Shown one piece after another: positions 1 to 9,043 of a DNA stretch of 64,000 nt. A program made the translations under genes and the position numbers. The DNA comes from Syntrophorhabdaceae bacterium. GTDB lineage: Bacteria; Desulfobacterota; Syntrophorhabdia; Syntrophorhabdales; Syntrophorhabdaceae. Every line of letters begins with the position of its first letter. Positions within the stretch are counted from its first letter, which is position 1. The DNA lies in assembly GCA_963666485.2 (NCBI GenBank), contig CAXXUO010000009.1, positions 416,001 through 480,000 on the forward strand, given 5' to 3'. Below the pieces are notes generated by a model, which saw nothing but the letters and a program-made list of their open reading frames with translations, had not been told where the DNA came from and did not search any database.

Positions 1-75
1 CGAGGTCGACGAAAACATTTCCCGACGAATTAATAATTTTTTCTCTTTTTCGATATTTCATAATTGCTATTTGAT

Positions 76-2211
76 TTACTGCTCGATCTCCTTTGATTCG
101 GTCTCGGGCATTCCGTTCTTCCGCTTTGTACCCATGCTGTTTACGTCGTCTTTTTTGATGCCGTGCTTTCCCGTGGTCGTGAACTTGTCCACGTAATCGC
201 CCGTCAACTTTTTCGCATCCTGCTGGTTCTTCATGACATGGGGAGTCAGGAGGATGATGATCTCCGTGCGGGAACAGTCATCAGTCGTGTTGCCGAAGAG
301 ATGGCCCAGGAGCGGTATCTTGCTAAGCCACGGAATGCCTGTGATCGCTTTTGTCGTATCCTCCCTGATCAGGCCCCCGATCACTATGGTCTCCCCGTCC
401 TGAACGATCAGGTTCGTGGACGCCTCAGTTTTATTGATGATGATGTTCTTCTCATTTGAAAAAAGCTCAATGGTGCTGAAGGTGGATACCTCCTGTGCCA
501 GGGCAAGAGACACGAGGCCGCTTTCGTTCACCTGCGGTGTCACCTTGAGTATCACACCTATATCCTTGTACTGGATGGTCCTCTGCGGTGCCACGGTCGT
601 CGATCCGAACGTTTCTGAGGTGGCGACGGGCACCTGCTGACCGACCTGTATCCGCGCCTCGCGGTTATCGGCTACGAGAATATGGGGGGCCGCAAGTACT
701 TTTGCCCGGGACTTCGTCGCCAGCGCCGAAATCACCGCCCTTATATCGTCGCCCACCTTACCGACAAAGGTAAAACCCGACCCGGGCAGGCTGTTGGGAT
801 CGAGGCCCGAAGGGTTCAAAGAGAGAGTCCCGTTAACTTTGCTGCCCGAGAAAGTGAAAGTCGTTTTAACGGACGCAGACAGGCCGATGCTCAGGTTGTC
901 CGTAAGCATCACTTCCGCAATGATCCCCTCGATAACAACCTGCCGCGGCACTATATCGATCTGCCCGATGGTCTCCTTGATGAGAGCATAATCTTCCGGC
1001 GTCGCGAGAACGATGACCGCATTCATGATCTCGTCGTGAAATATTTTGGTGATGTCCGACACAATAGCGTCCTTGCCCCGGGCCGGGACGGACTGGTCAC
1101 TGTGAGCGGCTATGGATGCGGGCTGCGCTGAAGCGGTCCCACCGGCACCCGGTCTCCCGGCCTGGGACATTGCCGTTTGCCCCGGCTGCACTCCAAGGAA
1201 GATCTGCTGGAGCAGCGCCGCCACATTCCTCGCCTTTCCGTTCTGCACGTGATAGACGAAGACCCGGGCCTGCTTCCTTTTCTGCTGCTCGTTATCGAGG
1301 GCATTGACAAGCTGCACCATCCTTTTCACACTCGCATCGGTATCGACCACGATGACCTGGTTCGTCTTCGGTATGTCGACGACAAGTGCATTTGCCGACA
1401 AAAAAGGTGTAATGAGCTTGATCACCTCCGAAGATTGAAGATACAGAATCGGTATCACCTGGACGAGCGATCTCCCTCCCGACGGTATCTTGTCAATGTC
1501 TCGCCCGAACCCAATCTGCGTCGGTTCACGGGCGACCTCGCTGATGGGGACGATCCTGTAGAGGCCCGCGTCCTCGACCACCCCGATGCCGTTCAATCTC
1601 AATATCACCTCCATGACCGCAAGTACCTTGTCCGACGGGACCGGCGCAATAGACCGGAAGGTCACGCGCCCTTTCACCCGCGCATCCACGATGTAATTCG
1701 TCCGCAACACGTCGCCGAAGATCGTCTGGATAACCTGGTACACATCTGCATCGTCAAAATTGAGACTGATGGGACGTCCACCAGGGGAACGGTTCGAAGC
1801 GGGGGCGGAGGGTCGTGCCGGGCGCGGTGGGGCGGGCGGCAGCGGATCGACAGGGGTGGCAGGCGGCTTTTGAGGAGAGGATATCGCGGTTGCCTGTGGC
1901 TGAGGCGGTGGCGAAGAGGCGATATCGGGTGGTTCCGGGGGTAAGGCCGGTCTCGGCTTGTCCTGGGCCGAAGGCTGCATTCCTGCACCGGGTAAGTGCG
2001 GTGGTGCCGTTTCAGGAGGTGCCGCGGCGGGTGCCGGAATTTTTGCAGAAGAACCGGAGGCTCCCATCTCTGTAGGAACCAGGGGCCTGACTTTGACAGT
2101 ACCCTGATCGGCAGTTATCTGTTCATCGGACAACACCTGTCCCGCAACAATTCCTCCAACGAGGACAAAGCCTACGATGACAAGGACGTGCAGCTTTATC
2201 AAGAGACTCAT
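76..2211 (-). CDS. gspD: Type II secretion system secretin GspD
   Basis: 711 aa; N-terminal hydrophobic segment, Pro-rich linker, N0 domain (ISLNFDDADVYQVI), secretin core (QVVIEGIIAEV, APHILVADNREARIQVG, DGETIVIGGLI, GIPWLSKIPLLGHLF); adjacent to gspG. Confidence 0.92.
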   Translation of the reverse strand: MSLLIKLHVLVIVGFVLVGGIVAGQVLSDEQITADQGTVKVRPLVPTEMGASGSSAKIPAPAAAPPETAPPHLPGAGMQPSAQDKPRPALPPEPPDIASSPPPQPQATAISSPQKPPATPVDPLPPAPPRPARPSAPASNRSPGGRPISLNFDDADVYQVIQTIFGDVLRTNYIVDARVKGRVTFRSIAPVPSDKVLAVMEVILRLNGIGVVEDAGLYRIVPISEVAREPTQIGFGRDIDKIPSGGRSLVQVIPILYLQSSEVIKLITPFLSANALVVDIPKTNQVIVVDTDASVKRMVQLVNALDNEQQKRKQARVFVYHVQNGKARNVAALLQQIFLGVQPGQTAMSQAGRPGAGGTASAQPASIAAHSDQSVPARGKDAIVSDITKIFHDEIMNAVIVLATPEDYALIKETIGQIDIVPRQVVIEGIIAEVMLTDNLSIGLSASVKTTFTFSGSKVNGTLSLNPSGLDPNSLPGSGFTFVGKVGDDIRAVISALATKSRAKVLAAPHILVADNREARIQVGQQVPVATSETFGSTTVAPQRTIQYKDIGVILKVTPQVNESGLVSLALAQEVSTFSTIELFSNEKNIIINKTEASTNLIVQDGETIVIGGLIREDTTKAITGIPWLSKIPLLGHLFGNTTDDCSRTEIIILLTPHVMKNQQDAKKLTGDYVDKFTTTGKHGIKKDDVNSMGTKRKNGMPETESKEIEQ

Positions 2212-2269
2212 TTTGAATTTTAAAAGGAGAAATTTTACTCAATGCGGGCACCGATCGGCCATACCGGCT

Positions 2270-2692
2270 TTATTCCCAATTTGTCACGTCTTTGTCCTCT
2301 CCTTCTCCTCCCTGCATACCATCCCTTCCATATGAATACAGATCATACTCTCCGTGCGTACCGGGACATTGATAGGCATATGGCTTGCCCCACGGGTCGT
2401 TGGGAAGACCTTTTGTAAGGTAAGGCCCGTCCCAGTTCTCCCCGCCTGAAGGTTTCGCAGTCAGCGCACTCAACCCCTCCTGCGTTGTAGGGTACCTTCC
2501 GGAATCAAGCCTCATCTGATCGAGCGCCTGCCCGAGCAGCGCTATCTGCGCCTTAGCGGCCGACTGCCTCCCTTTCCCCAGTTTAGGAAACAACCTAGGA
2601 CCGACAAGAGCCGCAAGAAGGCCGACGATGACCATCACCACCAGCAGTTCAATCAGGGTGAAACCGCGGTGATCTCTATTGCAAAACTTCAT
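2270..2692 (-). CDS. gspG: Type II secretion major pseudopilin GspG
   Basis: Prepilin motif RGFTLIELLVV; YPTTQEGLSAL, WDGPYL, DPWGKPY, LYSYGRDG. Confidence 0.95.
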   Translation of the reverse strand: MKFCNRDHRGFTLIELLVVMVIVGLLAALVGPRLFPKLGKGRQSAAKAQIALLGQALDQMRLDSGRYPTTQEGLSALTAKPSGGENWDGPYLTKGLPNDPWGKPYAYQCPGTHGEYDLYSYGRDGMQGGEGEDKDVTNWE

Positions 2693-2976
2693 CAGTTCGC
2701 TCCTGTTTAAACTTGGGACCCTGTGGTACGACGACCAGTTTTGTTATGCCCTTTTATTGCCCGTCGGTGACTGCATTTCCCCGGTTACAGGTATTCATTA
2801 CAGATCATTACTTCAAGGAAGATTACCAACCGGGCCATCACCGGGCAATATCAATTAAGTATTGGTATAATAGGACGAATGATTTTTATCAGTCTCCTTT
2901 TTCCGGCCTATCATGGTATTCTATCTAAGGTCTGAGACGGAACTAAATTGACTCATGCAATTATTATGGTGAGATA

Positions 2977-3819
2977 GTGTGTGAATTCTGCGTAAAACAC
3001 GGTGAAGGCGAGAAGTGGTATCTCAACGCATCGAATTACTCGGAAGACCTGTTAAGCGACCTCCGCCGCCGCAGGCTTATCGAAGAATTTCTGTCGGACA
3101 CCGACGGGCTCGCGCGCGCAAGTAAATACCTCGAATTTCTCGGAAAGATGCCGCGGCCGGTGAAGGACATGGTGGGCCGCATTGTCACGCGCAAGATGAA
3201 GAAGAATCATTTCGGTCAGGTAGTCCCGATCGAAGATATCGAGAAGATCTTCGGCCTTGTCAATTCTATAGTGCGGGTCTCGTGCGTCTGCCGACATGTC
3301 ACATCAGGGAAAGACCAGCGCTACTGCTACGCCGTCAGCCTCGGCCCCGGCGGCGGAAGGCTCGCCGAGATCATGCGCGGCATCGACGACAGTTATCTGA
3401 GCGGCCCGGATTGCGCCGATAATGAAGTGCTCAAAAAAGATGATGCCATCGCAGCCCTGCGCGAACACGAGCAGGAAGGCCTCTGCCATTCCGTTTGGAC
3501 ATTCAAAACCCCATTTATCGCCGCCATCTGCAATTGCGGCCGCACCGAATGTCTCGCAATGCACACGGTGGCGCACGGCATCCCCCTCATGTTCCGTGCC
3601 GAATACGTCGCCGAGATATATTCCGACACCTGCATAGGTTGCCGCGCATGCCTGTCCGTCTGTCAATTCGGGGCAATAAGCTTCAACGCGAACGCGGGAT
3701 ATGCAGTCATCGACCAGAGGTCATGTTACGGCTGCGGGGTCTGCCGTTCTGTGTGCAGCTCGCAGGCAATAACACTCAAAGAACGCGACACTACACCGGC
3801 TGCCGCGAACCTCTGGTAA
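2977..3819 (+). CDS. 4Fe-4S dicluster (ferredoxin-like) domain protein
   Basis: CIGCRACLSVC and CYGCGVCRSVC motifs plus additional Cys motifs (CEFC, CVCR, ICNC). Confidence 0.85.
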   Translation: MCEFCVKHGEGEKWYLNASNYSEDLLSDLRRRRLIEEFLSDTDGLARASKYLEFLGKMPRPVKDMVGRIVTRKMKKNHFGQVVPIEDIEKIFGLVNSIVRVSCVCRHVTSGKDQRYCYAVSLGPGGGRLAEIMRGIDDSYLSGPDCADNEVLKKDDAIAALREHEQEGLCHSVWTFKTPFIAAICNCGRTECLAMHTVAHGIPLMFRAEYVAEIYSDTCIGCRACLSVCQFGAISFNANAGYAVIDQRSCYGCGVCRSVCSSQAITLKERDTTPAAANLW

Positions 3820-3824
3820 CCCGA

Positions 3825-4322
3825 TCAGAGCTCTCCTTTTTCGTTCCAATCGATAATGTATTGTACTTGTTCGGGAGTTTCGGGAGAACTGCGGGAGATT
3901 GCCTTCGGGTTTCTGCGCCATAATTCCTGCAGGCGGTCAAGGGCCAATCGTCCAGGATATCCGTGGCGCGAAAGCCAGCACCCCACAATGGTGCCGGTTC
4001 TGCCCACTCCGCCCCAGCAATGGACATACACGATCCGACCATCCTTGATATGAACATCTATTGTATCGAGGACCTTCCGGGTTAAGGTCGTGGAACCGGG
4101 GACCGACAGGTCTCTTATGGGAAACCGATGATATATGATCCCCTGACCAGGTAAGAGCTGTGCGTACGGTGCCATTCCGTCGTCATCGTGCGTGAGATCT
4201 ATAAATGCGGTAACCCCCAGCGCGATCAATGCATCTATCTTGTCCTGGGAAGACGCGTCATCAGCATTTCTCGGATATTCCCCGGCGAGTAATTTATTCT
4301 CTTCTACCCAGTAATGGTTCAT
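3825..4322 (-). CDS. Dual-specificity/tyrosine phosphatase family protein
   Basis: Catalytic loop HCWGGVGRTG (CX5R); FPIRD acid loop; PETPEQ. Confidence 0.9.
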   Translation of the reverse strand: MNHYWVEENKLLAGEYPRNADDASSQDKIDALIALGVTAFIDLTHDDDGMAPYAQLLPGQGIIYHRFPIRDLSVPGSTTLTRKVLDTIDVHIKDGRIVYVHCWGGVGRTGTIVGCWLSRHGYPGRLALDRLQELWRRNPKAISRSSPETPEQVQYIIDWNEKGEL

Positions 4323-4367
4323 AAACTATCTCCTTGACGTTTATCAATTTAAAACCGACTTTCATCT

Positions 4368-4400
4368 ATGATATCACCAATTATTGACAACAGTGCGGCA
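4368..4400 (-). promoter_or_regulatory. Putative WYL operator plus -10 box upstream of the phosphatase
   Basis: Minus strand TGCCG-CACTGT-TGTCA-N11-TATCAT. Confidence 0.65.
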
Positions 4401-4525
4401 TGCTCAATTAAAAACCCGTATTCCAGAATGTTCTCAACCGGCAAACTGGCTTCCGATTATAACGGCTGGTTTATTCCTTTATAAGGTATCTACCCATTCT
4501 TCGTTCACAACAATTTTGTCGCAAT

Positions 4526-4962
4526 TACGTGAGGGCATATTGCCGGCTGAGGAAGGAATACCGGACCTTCGCTATTGACCGGATAGCCCTTCTCAAACCC
4601 CTCGACGACTTTTTTATGCCCATCCCGTATCGGCCGATGAGGACATGGCAGGCGCTTTTGGCGCGTACATTGATGGGGAACCTACGGATGTCACACTCGT
4701 TTTTGACGAAGAGATCCGCGCCCAGATCGGCAGGAAAAAATGGCACCCCAGCCAGAAACACAAAACACTCCCCGACGGCAGAATCGAAGTGTCGTTCACC
4801 GTAAACGGTTTTCAAGGCCTCAGGCACTGGATGTACCAGTGGATTCCCTATGTTGAAGTTATCCCCCCGGAGGAACTGAGGGTCATGCTGAAAGAGGACG
4901 CCGCGCGGGTTATTGCGAAAAATACCTCGGAGAACGGGCCAGCGGGACAGGCGGTAAAATAG
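4526..4962 (+). pseudogene. 5'-truncated, frameshifted WYL/WCX regulator remnant (paralog of 6665..7591)
   Basis: YVRAYCRLRKEYRTFAIDRI...FMP then, after a frameshift near 4625, SADEDMAGAFGAYIDGEP...QWIPYVEVIPPEELR; colinear with the C-terminal half of the intact WYL protein; no HTH region. Confidence 0.85.
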
Positions 4963-5000
4963 AAAACAAATGAGGGTAATGCAAGATTTAAAATCCAGAC

Positions 5001-5033
5001 TGCCATAACCCTGTCATGGAAGCGTCGTAATTA
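5001..5033 (+). promoter_or_regulatory. Putative WYL operator upstream of the DUF2779-like gene
   Basis: TGCCA-TAACCC-TGTCA-N11-TAATTA (imperfect -10). Confidence 0.6.
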
Positions 5034-5070
5034 ATAGTGAACCGGCAAGCCGACGGGTAAAGAGGAGACT

Positions 5071-6570
5071 ATGAGCCAGACAAACAATGATCCAATGTTG
5101 AGCAAGTCGAAATTCGTTCAGGGGCTGCAGTGCCACAAAGCGCTCTATTTGCAGATGCATAGCCCCGAACTTGCCGACCCGGTGCCGGCTTCCCGGGAGT
5201 CGCTTTTTCAGACCGGAAACGAGGTTGGCGCGCTGTCGCAAGGGCTCTTTCCGGGCGGCGTCATCATACCGTATGATGCGAATGATTACGAGGGCCAGAT
5301 TGTCCGGACAAAAGCGGAGATGGATAAAGGAACCGAGGTCCTGTATGAAGCAGCATTCAGTTATGACGGGGTGTTTGTCAAGGTGGACATCCTTCGTCTC
5401 GGCCGGGTCGGTTGGGAATTGTACGAGGTCAAGAGTTCGGCGTCCGTGCAGCCCTATCATGTCCCGGACATCGCCGTGCAGTATTACGTCCTCACCGGTG
5501 CGGGGGTAAATGTGTCGTCTGCACACCTCGTCCACATCAATACCGGGTATGTACGGAACGGCGCGATCGAACCGGAGAAGTTCTTCACCCTTGAGGATAT
5601 GACCGGCAAGGTGCAGGACATGGAGGCTTTCGTCAGGGACGAGATCGGGAAAATGAAAACAATGCTGAAAGGCGATATGCCCGTCATGGATATCGGGACA
5701 TATTGCACAAGTCCCTTTGACTGCAGTTTTTACGGCTATTGCTGGCAGCACATTCCGGAAGACTCCGTTTTCACCCTGCGGGACCGGGGTATCGACAAGT
5801 TCTCCCTGTACCGGAACGGGATCCTCCGGCTGCAGGATGTACCTCTCGATCTGCTCAATGCCCGACAGCGGCAGCAGGCAGAGCTGTTTCTCAGCAAGAA
5901 AGGATTCTTGGATAAAGGGGCCCTCAACGGTTTCCTGGAGACGATCCGGTACCCTATCCATTTCCTGGATTTTGAAACGGTCATGGCCGCCATTCCGCTG
6001 TATGACGGCACGTCCCCGTTTCAGCAGATCCCCTACCAGTACTCGATGCACTACCTGGAGCGTGAAGGGGGAGACCTAGGCCATTATGAATTCCTCGCCG
6101 AACCGAACGTCGATCCCCGCGAAGAGGTTGCGGCGAACCTGTGCAGACAAATCCCGGACAATTCGTGTGTGCTGGCCTATAATTCGCCTTTCGAAATTGG
6201 CATATTACACCGGCTCGGAAACGACTTCCCCCGCTATAAACAGAAGTTGGAGCGAATCATAGGCGGCACCATCGACCTCGCTGCCCCGTTCAGGTCGAGG
6301 CATGTATGCCACTGGAAGATGAACGGTTCATATTCTCAGAAAGTCGTTCTGCCGATCCTGGTACCCGGGCTCAGCTATAAGGGTATGGCTGTTGCCGACG
6401 GATCAATGGCCATGGACGCCTATTTCTCGATGTGCGCCGCCAAGGACCCTCATGAGATCGAGCTGATCCGGGCAAATCTCCTTGAATACTGCGCTCTCGA
6501 TACCCTGGGCATGGTCAGGATTCTGGAACGCCTGAAGACAATAGCCGAGACTGGGAAAATAACGGGATAG
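5071..6570 (+). CDS. DUF2779-family protein: N-terminal PD-(D/E)XK nuclease-like domain and C-terminal RNase H-like domain
   Basis: LSKSKFVQGLQC, KVDIL, LYEVKSS, DIAVQYYVL, C-x4-C-x5-C cluster; FLDFET, AYNSPFE, IDL, SYSQKVVLP, LLEYCALDT. Confidence 0.8.
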   Translation: MSQTNNDPMLSKSKFVQGLQCHKALYLQMHSPELADPVPASRESLFQTGNEVGALSQGLFPGGVIIPYDANDYEGQIVRTKAEMDKGTEVLYEAAFSYDGVFVKVDILRLGRVGWELYEVKSSASVQPYHVPDIAVQYYVLTGAGVNVSSAHLVHINTGYVRNGAIEPEKFFTLEDMTGKVQDMEAFVRDEIGKMKTMLKGDMPVMDIGTYCTSPFDCSFYGYCWQHIPEDSVFTLRDRGIDKFSLYRNGILRLQDVPLDLLNARQRQQAELFLSKKGFLDKGALNGFLETIRYPIHFLDFETVMAAIPLYDGTSPFQQIPYQYSMHYLEREGGDLGHYEFLAEPNVDPREEVAANLCRQIPDNSCVLAYNSPFEIGILHRLGNDFPRYKQKLERIIGGTIDLAAPFRSRHVCHWKMNGSYSQKVVLPILVPGLSYKGMAVADGSMAMDAYFSMCAAKDPHEIELIRANLLEYCALDTLGMVRILERLKTIAETGKITG

Positions 6571-6600
6571 TAAAAGGTCATCGAGGCCCGATAATTCAAA

Positions 6601-6616
6601 TGACATATTCCTGTCA
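6601..6616 (+). promoter_or_regulatory. Palindromic operator upstream of the WYL gene (probable autoregulation)
   Basis: TGACA-TATTCC-TGTCA, 48 nt before the ATG. Confidence 0.7.
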
Positions 6617-6664
6617 TTATGCCATGATTTATTCTAATCACTCGCAAAAAAAAGGGGGGGCCTT

Positions 6665-7591
6665 ATGTCGTACAAGTTCGATTCACTGATCACCATCCTG
6701 AATAAGATAGACAGCAAAGAAAGAGTGACGGCTGACTCCCTTGCCGATGAGCTGGAGATAAGCAAGAGAACGGTCTACAGGTATATTACTACCTTGACGA
6801 CCGCCGGGTTTCCCATTGACTTTGATAAGACCAATAAGACCTACGTGTTTACCGACAATTATACGTTGAAAAAACCGCATCTGTCGGTGGAAGAGGCACT
6901 GGCGTTCCAGCTTGCGAAGAAATCGCTTTCCAATCTCGGTCCCGGCCTTGAAAAAGGCCTGTGTTGTATCGAAGAAAGGCTGGCCATGGGAAAGAAAACC
7001 GATCTCAGGCACATAATTTTTTCCGGCGAAAAGGTACCGGAGCATGTCGTGGAATATTTCAGGACCATTCACGGCGCCATCGTTGATTACCGGAAGATCA
7101 GGATAACCTATAAAGCCTTTGCCGCCCAAAAGGCTACGACAGGCACGGTTGACCCTTACTACCTGTTCTTCTCGAATGGCCTGTGGTATTTCAGGGGTTT
7201 ACAGCATGCGAACAAGGCGGTCCGTACCTTTGCTCTCGATCGGATAGAATCAATTTCTGTGCTCGATAAACATTTCCTGCCCACCACTCTTGCGCCCGAA
7301 AAGGAATTGTCCGGAGCCTTCGGGCCGTTTGTCGATGGTGCCCCGGTTGACGTGGTCTTGAGATTTGATAAAACGTATACGCCCCTGATCACGCGGAAAA
7401 CCTGGCATGCGAGCCAAAAGGTAGAGGACCTGACTGACGGGGGGATCGAGGTCACATTCACAGTGAAGGGTATACACGGTATACGAAACTGGGTACATCA
7501 GTGGATACCTCACGTGGAGGTCATCGCCCCGCAGGAACTGCGCGATATGTTCCGCAATGACCTGGGCGCCGCGTTGAAACAGAACAGTTGA
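6665..7591 (+). CDS. WYL-domain transcriptional regulator (HTH-WYL-WCX, YafY/PafB-like)
   Basis: HTH LADELEISKRTVYRYI; VDPYYL...WYFRG...RTFALDRI; C-terminal VEVIAPQELR. Confidence 0.93.
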   Translation: MSYKFDSLITILNKIDSKERVTADSLADELEISKRTVYRYITTLTTAGFPIDFDKTNKTYVFTDNYTLKKPHLSVEEALAFQLAKKSLSNLGPGLEKGLCCIEERLAMGKKTDLRHIIFSGEKVPEHVVEYFRTIHGAIVDYRKIRITYKAFAAQKATTGTVDPYYLFFSNGLWYFRGLQHANKAVRTFALDRIESISVLDKHFLPTTLAPEKELSGAFGPFVDGAPVDVVLRFDKTYTPLITRKTWHASQKVEDLTDGGIEVTFTVKGIHGIRNWVHQWIPHVEVIAPQELRDMFRNDLGAALKQNS

Positions 7592-7733
7592 GATACAAGA
7601 ACAGAACCACGGACCGCTATTGAGGCCAACTTCCAAGAAAGAGTAGATTTAGCTCGACCCGCATCATCTTTTTCACATGAAACCCGACCGGGGAAATAAT
7701 AATAACCATACCAAATAATTACGTTTATAGCAC

Positions 7734-7766
7734 TGCCATAGTGCTGTCACAACCCGGGTTTATACT
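7734..7766 (+). promoter_or_regulatory. Putative WYL operator plus -10 box upstream of the small ORF and ARPP-1 gene
   Basis: TGCCA-TAGTGC-TGTCA-N11-TATACT. Confidence 0.7.
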
Positions 7767-7788
7767 ATTTTCAAAAAGGGGGCTTTCC

Positions 7789-7950
7789 ATGGGGAACAGG
7801 ACGGGAAAAGATCCCGGGGACGGGATTTGCTGTGATTGGTGCAAAATCGCTGAAGCGCTGGGGACATTTTTCGTCCCCGGGAAGGGTATCCTCAACCTCT
7901 GCGGGCGCTGCAGATTGCTGCTCATGGCGGTCCTCATAGATGAGATGTAA
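7789..7950 (+). CDS. Small putative Zn-binding protein (53 aa)
   Basis: ATG at 7789 after AAGGGGG; CDWC and CGRC pairs; stop abuts the GGAGG RBS of the next gene. Confidence 0.45.
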   Translation: MGNRTGKDPGDGICCDWCKIAEALGTFFVPGKGILNLCGRCRLLLMAVLIDEM

Positions 7951-7959
7951 GGAGGAATA

Positions 7960-8952
7960 ATGGAAAAGGTGATAGCTGACTTTATCGGTACGATCAATTT
8001 CGGAGAAGCAAAAACGCATCGGAACATGACCGTGATCCCTCTCTTCACGGATTCCAATCACGTGCCGGCTTTCCTGACACTCCGCAGGGCGTTGGAAGCG
8101 GGCCACCTCGTGATCACGGAGATCAGTGCAAGCGGGTCGGTGCCGGAGCTCCTGGCGAAAAATACGGGCGATCTGCCCATCCTGCTTCTTGACGGGGAAG
8201 AGCTTGCCGGCGCAAAGCAGAACAGGGTCCTCAACACGACGATATTGCTTCAGGAGAAGTCGGAAACGGTCATCCCCGTCAGCTGCACGGAGCATGGGCG
8301 GTGGTCGTACAGGGGCGCCCACTTCGATGATTCTGACGTGATAATGGCCAAGAAGGCGCGAGAGAACAAGGCGAGGACCGTGTCGTATTCTCTTCGGGAC
8401 CAGAAGTCGTACCGGTCAGACCAGGGGAAGGTCTGGGAAGACATAGCCGCATTGTCGGTCAAGCACGGCATTCGTTCGGAAACGGGGGCCATGCGGGATG
8501 TCTACGAATCCCGGAAGGTCTCCCTCGATGAATACATCGAGGCATTCCCTGTGCAGGACGGGCAGAAGGGGCTTTTTACCTTAATCGACGGCAAGATCGT
8601 CGGGTTCGACATCATCGCGTCCGCCGCCGGATATGCCGATCTGCATGGCAAACTTATCAAAAGCTACGCCATGGACGAACTGGCGTCCGGCGGGAAAGGG
8701 AACAATGGGGAAGACGCCCGGAAAAAAGCCAGGGAATTCTTCGAGATGCTCCTTTCGTCACGGGAAGAAAAATATAAATCGATAGGGTACGGCATCGATT
8801 ACCGTTTCGAGAATGGAATCGCGGTAGGCTCGGCCCTTGTCAGTTCCGAAAAAGTGATACACATGGCAGTCTTCAGGTCCACCCAGTCGGACAGGACGGG
8901 AAATATGTCGGGACCGGCGCAGAGGCGGGCCAACAGGTCGAGGGCCTTATAA
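7960..8952 (+). CDS. ARPP-1 (DUF6569) family protein
   Basis: ITEISASGSVPEL, LLLDGEELAGAKQNRVLN, IPVSCTEHGRW, SDQGKVW, KLIKSYA resemble this family; strong RBS. Confidence 0.75.
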   Translation: MEKVIADFIGTINFGEAKTHRNMTVIPLFTDSNHVPAFLTLRRALEAGHLVITEISASGSVPELLAKNTGDLPILLLDGEELAGAKQNRVLNTTILLQEKSETVIPVSCTEHGRWSYRGAHFDDSDVIMAKKARENKARTVSYSLRDQKSYRSDQGKVWEDIAALSVKHGIRSETGAMRDVYESRKVSLDEYIEAFPVQDGQKGLFTLIDGKIVGFDIIASAAGYADLHGKLIKSYAMDELASGGKGNNGEDARKKAREFFEMLLSSREEKYKSIGYGIDYRFENGIAVGSALVSSEKVIHMAVFRSTQSDRTGNMSGPAQRRANRSRAL

Positions 8953-8958
8953 CACATA

Positions 8959-9008
8959 GTGGGGCGGATACGGGGCAACATGGACGGTTGCTCCCGTATC
9001 CGCCCCAC
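8959..9008. terminator. Long hairpin between convergent genes (probable bidirectional terminator or REP-like element)
   Basis: GTGGGGCGGATACGGG (8959-8974) is the perfect reverse complement of CCCGTATCCGCCCCAC (8993-9008), with inner GCAAC/GTTGC. Confidence 0.6.
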
Positions 9009-9043
9009 AATTTAATAAGACAAGGAGATTATTACTCTAATTC

